Positions 62,090-64,000 of a stretch of DNA of 64,000 nt are shown one piece after another. The DNA is taken from contig CAWBKB010000005.1 in NCBI GenBank assembly GCA_963789265.1, forward strand, positions 640,001-704,000, in the 5' to 3' direction. The stretch is from an uncultured delta proteobacterium (GTDB lineage: Bacteria; Desulfobacterota; Desulfomonilia; Desulfomonilales; Desulfomonilaceae). The position numbers and the translations under genes were made by a program. The notes beneath the pieces were generated by a model, which was not told the origin of the DNA, did no database searches, and was given only the letters and a program-made list of their open reading frames with translations. How positions within the stretch are numbered: position 1 is the first letter of the stretch; the number at the start of each line of letters is the position of its first letter.

Positions 62090-63902
62090 TCATTCTGGTA
62101 CGATTGCAAGCACTTCTTGTCCTGTACTCGTCAGTTACCGGAGTTTTGATCTGATAGAGCTTGTACCATTTTCTGATCGCTCCCGCGACGACTATTGCCA
62201 TTAGGACCATGACCATGATGGACAAGCCCGCCAAAAGATAGAGCCTCTGAGGAAGATAGTTCCAGAATATGTTCTCGTACCCGGCAATCATAGTAACAAA
62301 TACCATGAAGATCCCCGGCACGGCCGTAATCCATGCATATTTGGCTTTATTCATTCGGAGTATCATAGTCGTCCCGATAATCAGTGCGCTCGCCGCGAGC
62401 AACTGGTTACTCATTCCGAAAAGAGGCCATATAGTGGTTATATTTCCGGTATAGACCAGGTACCCCCAAGATCCTGTGAAGAGTATACTTGTTATTACGA
62501 TGCCCGGTATCCACCTATTGTCCTGGAATTTGGGACTTAAGTGCCCCAGCATTTCCTGAAGAAAGAATCTTCCCACCCTGGTTCCCGCATCAACGGCAGT
62601 CAAAATGAATACTGACTCAAACATGATTGCATAGTGATACCAGTAGGCCATGAGGCTCTTCAGGAATGGCACGGAAGAAAAGATGTAAGCCATACCCACA
62701 GCCAGGGATACCGCCCCACCCGGTCTGCCCTGGAGGGTTTCGGCTACCTCTTGGGAAAGGGCCCCAAGGTGGACAGGGGTCATCCCCAGCTTCGCAAAAG
62801 CCGCCGGAGCCGCGTTGATCGCAAAATAATCGGCCGGGACAAGAACACAAGCTGCAGTCAGAGCCATTATGGCCACAAATCCCTCGACAAGCATTGCGCC
62901 ATATCCGACAAACAGCACATCACGCTCACTCGCTATCATTTTTGGGGTGGTGCCGGATCCGATTATCGCGTGAAATCCGGATAGCGCTCCACATGCGATC
63001 GTGATGAACACAAATGGGAATACCGGGCCTGGGATTATCGGTCCACCACCGCTCACGAATTTGGTGATCGGTTGCATCAAGAACTCAGGTCTGACGAGGG
63101 CTATCCCCGTTGCCAGGACGGCAATGGTGCCGATTTTTAAGTAAGTGGACAGATAATCTCTCGGGACCAAAAGAAGCCACACAGGCAGCACTGAAGCAGC
63201 AAATCCGTAGATGGGAACAATGATTGAGAGCTGTTTCTTTGAGAGAGTGAATATGGAGGCAAGCATGGGGTGCTTCACAATATAAGGACCTGCAACTATC
63301 GTCAGGGCAAGCAACGCCACTCCGATCACACTCGCGCCTTTCACGTCGCCGTCACGCCACACGTGCATGTAAAGACCCATAAGGATCGCGATAGGGATTG
63401 TTGCAGCCACCGTAAATGTTCCCCAGGGGCTGGAGAACATTGCATTGACCACCGCTATGGATAGCCCTGCCAGACTAAGAATGAGAATGAAGAGTATCGC
63501 CACCGAAGCGACCGAACCAGTGCCCGTCCCTATTTCATATTCAGCTATTTTCGCCAAAGATTGGGCCTTGTGCCTGACCGAGGCAAATAACACGACCATA
63601 TCGTGAACTGCACCGGCAACAACACAGCCGATTATGATCCACAGTGCCCCGGGGAGATAGCCGAACTGAGCTGCCAATACCGGTCCTAAGAGCGGGCCTG
63701 CTGCAGCAATCGCGGCAAAATGGTGCCCGAACAATACGTACTTGTTCGTCTTGACGTAGTCCAGGCCGTCAGCCATTTTTACGGCAGGTGTAAGGCGGTC
63801 CCCATTGAGACCCAGCACCTTGCGGGCTATGAACAGGCCGTAGAACCTGTATCCGATAGCAAAAACACACAGAGTAACGAAAACCAGGGTCAGGGCGTTC
63901 AT
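62090..63902 (-). CDS. cstA: Carbon starvation protein A family transporter; probable 1-nt insertion near 62123
   Basis: FGHHFAAIA, GAVHD, PRDYLS, IACGALSGFH, WPLFG; corrected end DEYGQEVLAIVPE*. Confidence 0.93.
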
Positions 63903-64000
63903 AGTGGACTGTCTCCTTTGTCCGGGCCAATAGGGGTAGGGTGAAAAGAGCGCATGTCACAATCCGGTAGCTCGTATAACGATTTAACCCTGAAGCATAA

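Noticed and set aside
1387..62130. Many split genes (three GT4s, KpsS-like, DUF362, TPR, patatin, kinase, cstA) as programmed frameshifts or mass pseudogenisation
   Set aside because: The indels are scattered through unrelated, otherwise intact genes with no shared slippery motif, so sequencing or assembly error is more likely. Read mapping is needed to confirm.

Overview
Bacterial chromosomal window that looks deltaproteobacterial (Desulfomonile-like by gene content; this is inference). (1) 1-22205: a large surface/exopolysaccharide locus with GT4 enzymes, a Wzy-like polymerase, a priming sugar transferase, an ABC exporter, GNATs, deacetylases, a KpsS-like protein, a radical SAM enzyme, FkbM, DUF362 and two decayed gene remnants. 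(2) 22209-37355: mixed genes (pentapeptide-repeat protein, I42 inhibitor, SGNH-like protein, two TPR proteins, acyl-CoA synthetase, pgeF, NYN, an orphan EF-G, a dCMP deaminase paired with a ParB/Srx-like ORF, a patatin-like protein). (3) 37400-39410: a Cys-rich putative beta-barrel gene bracketed by hairpin arrays and a 19-bp direct repeat. (4) 39588-45451: an intact tmRNA gene (tag ANNYEYALAA) followed by three more copies of its 3' end (94, 31 and 265 nt). These delimit three small cassettes with no recognisable integrase. One junction looks like a complete attP, and both toxin-antitoxin modules there keep the antitoxin but have lost the toxin. (5) smpB, ptsI, ptsH, an IS1380 with a 5-bp TSD, a secreted peptide with repeated [IL]xxS[KR]SN motifs, a Ni/Co ECF transporter, a sigma54 two-component system facing a CBS-ACT gene, a MITE nested in REPs, a serpin, a ferritin-like gene and cstA. 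About nine ordinary genes are split by small frameshifts, which suggests indel errors in the assembly, so frameshift-only pseudogene calls are treated cautiously. All calls were made by eye; no database searches were run.
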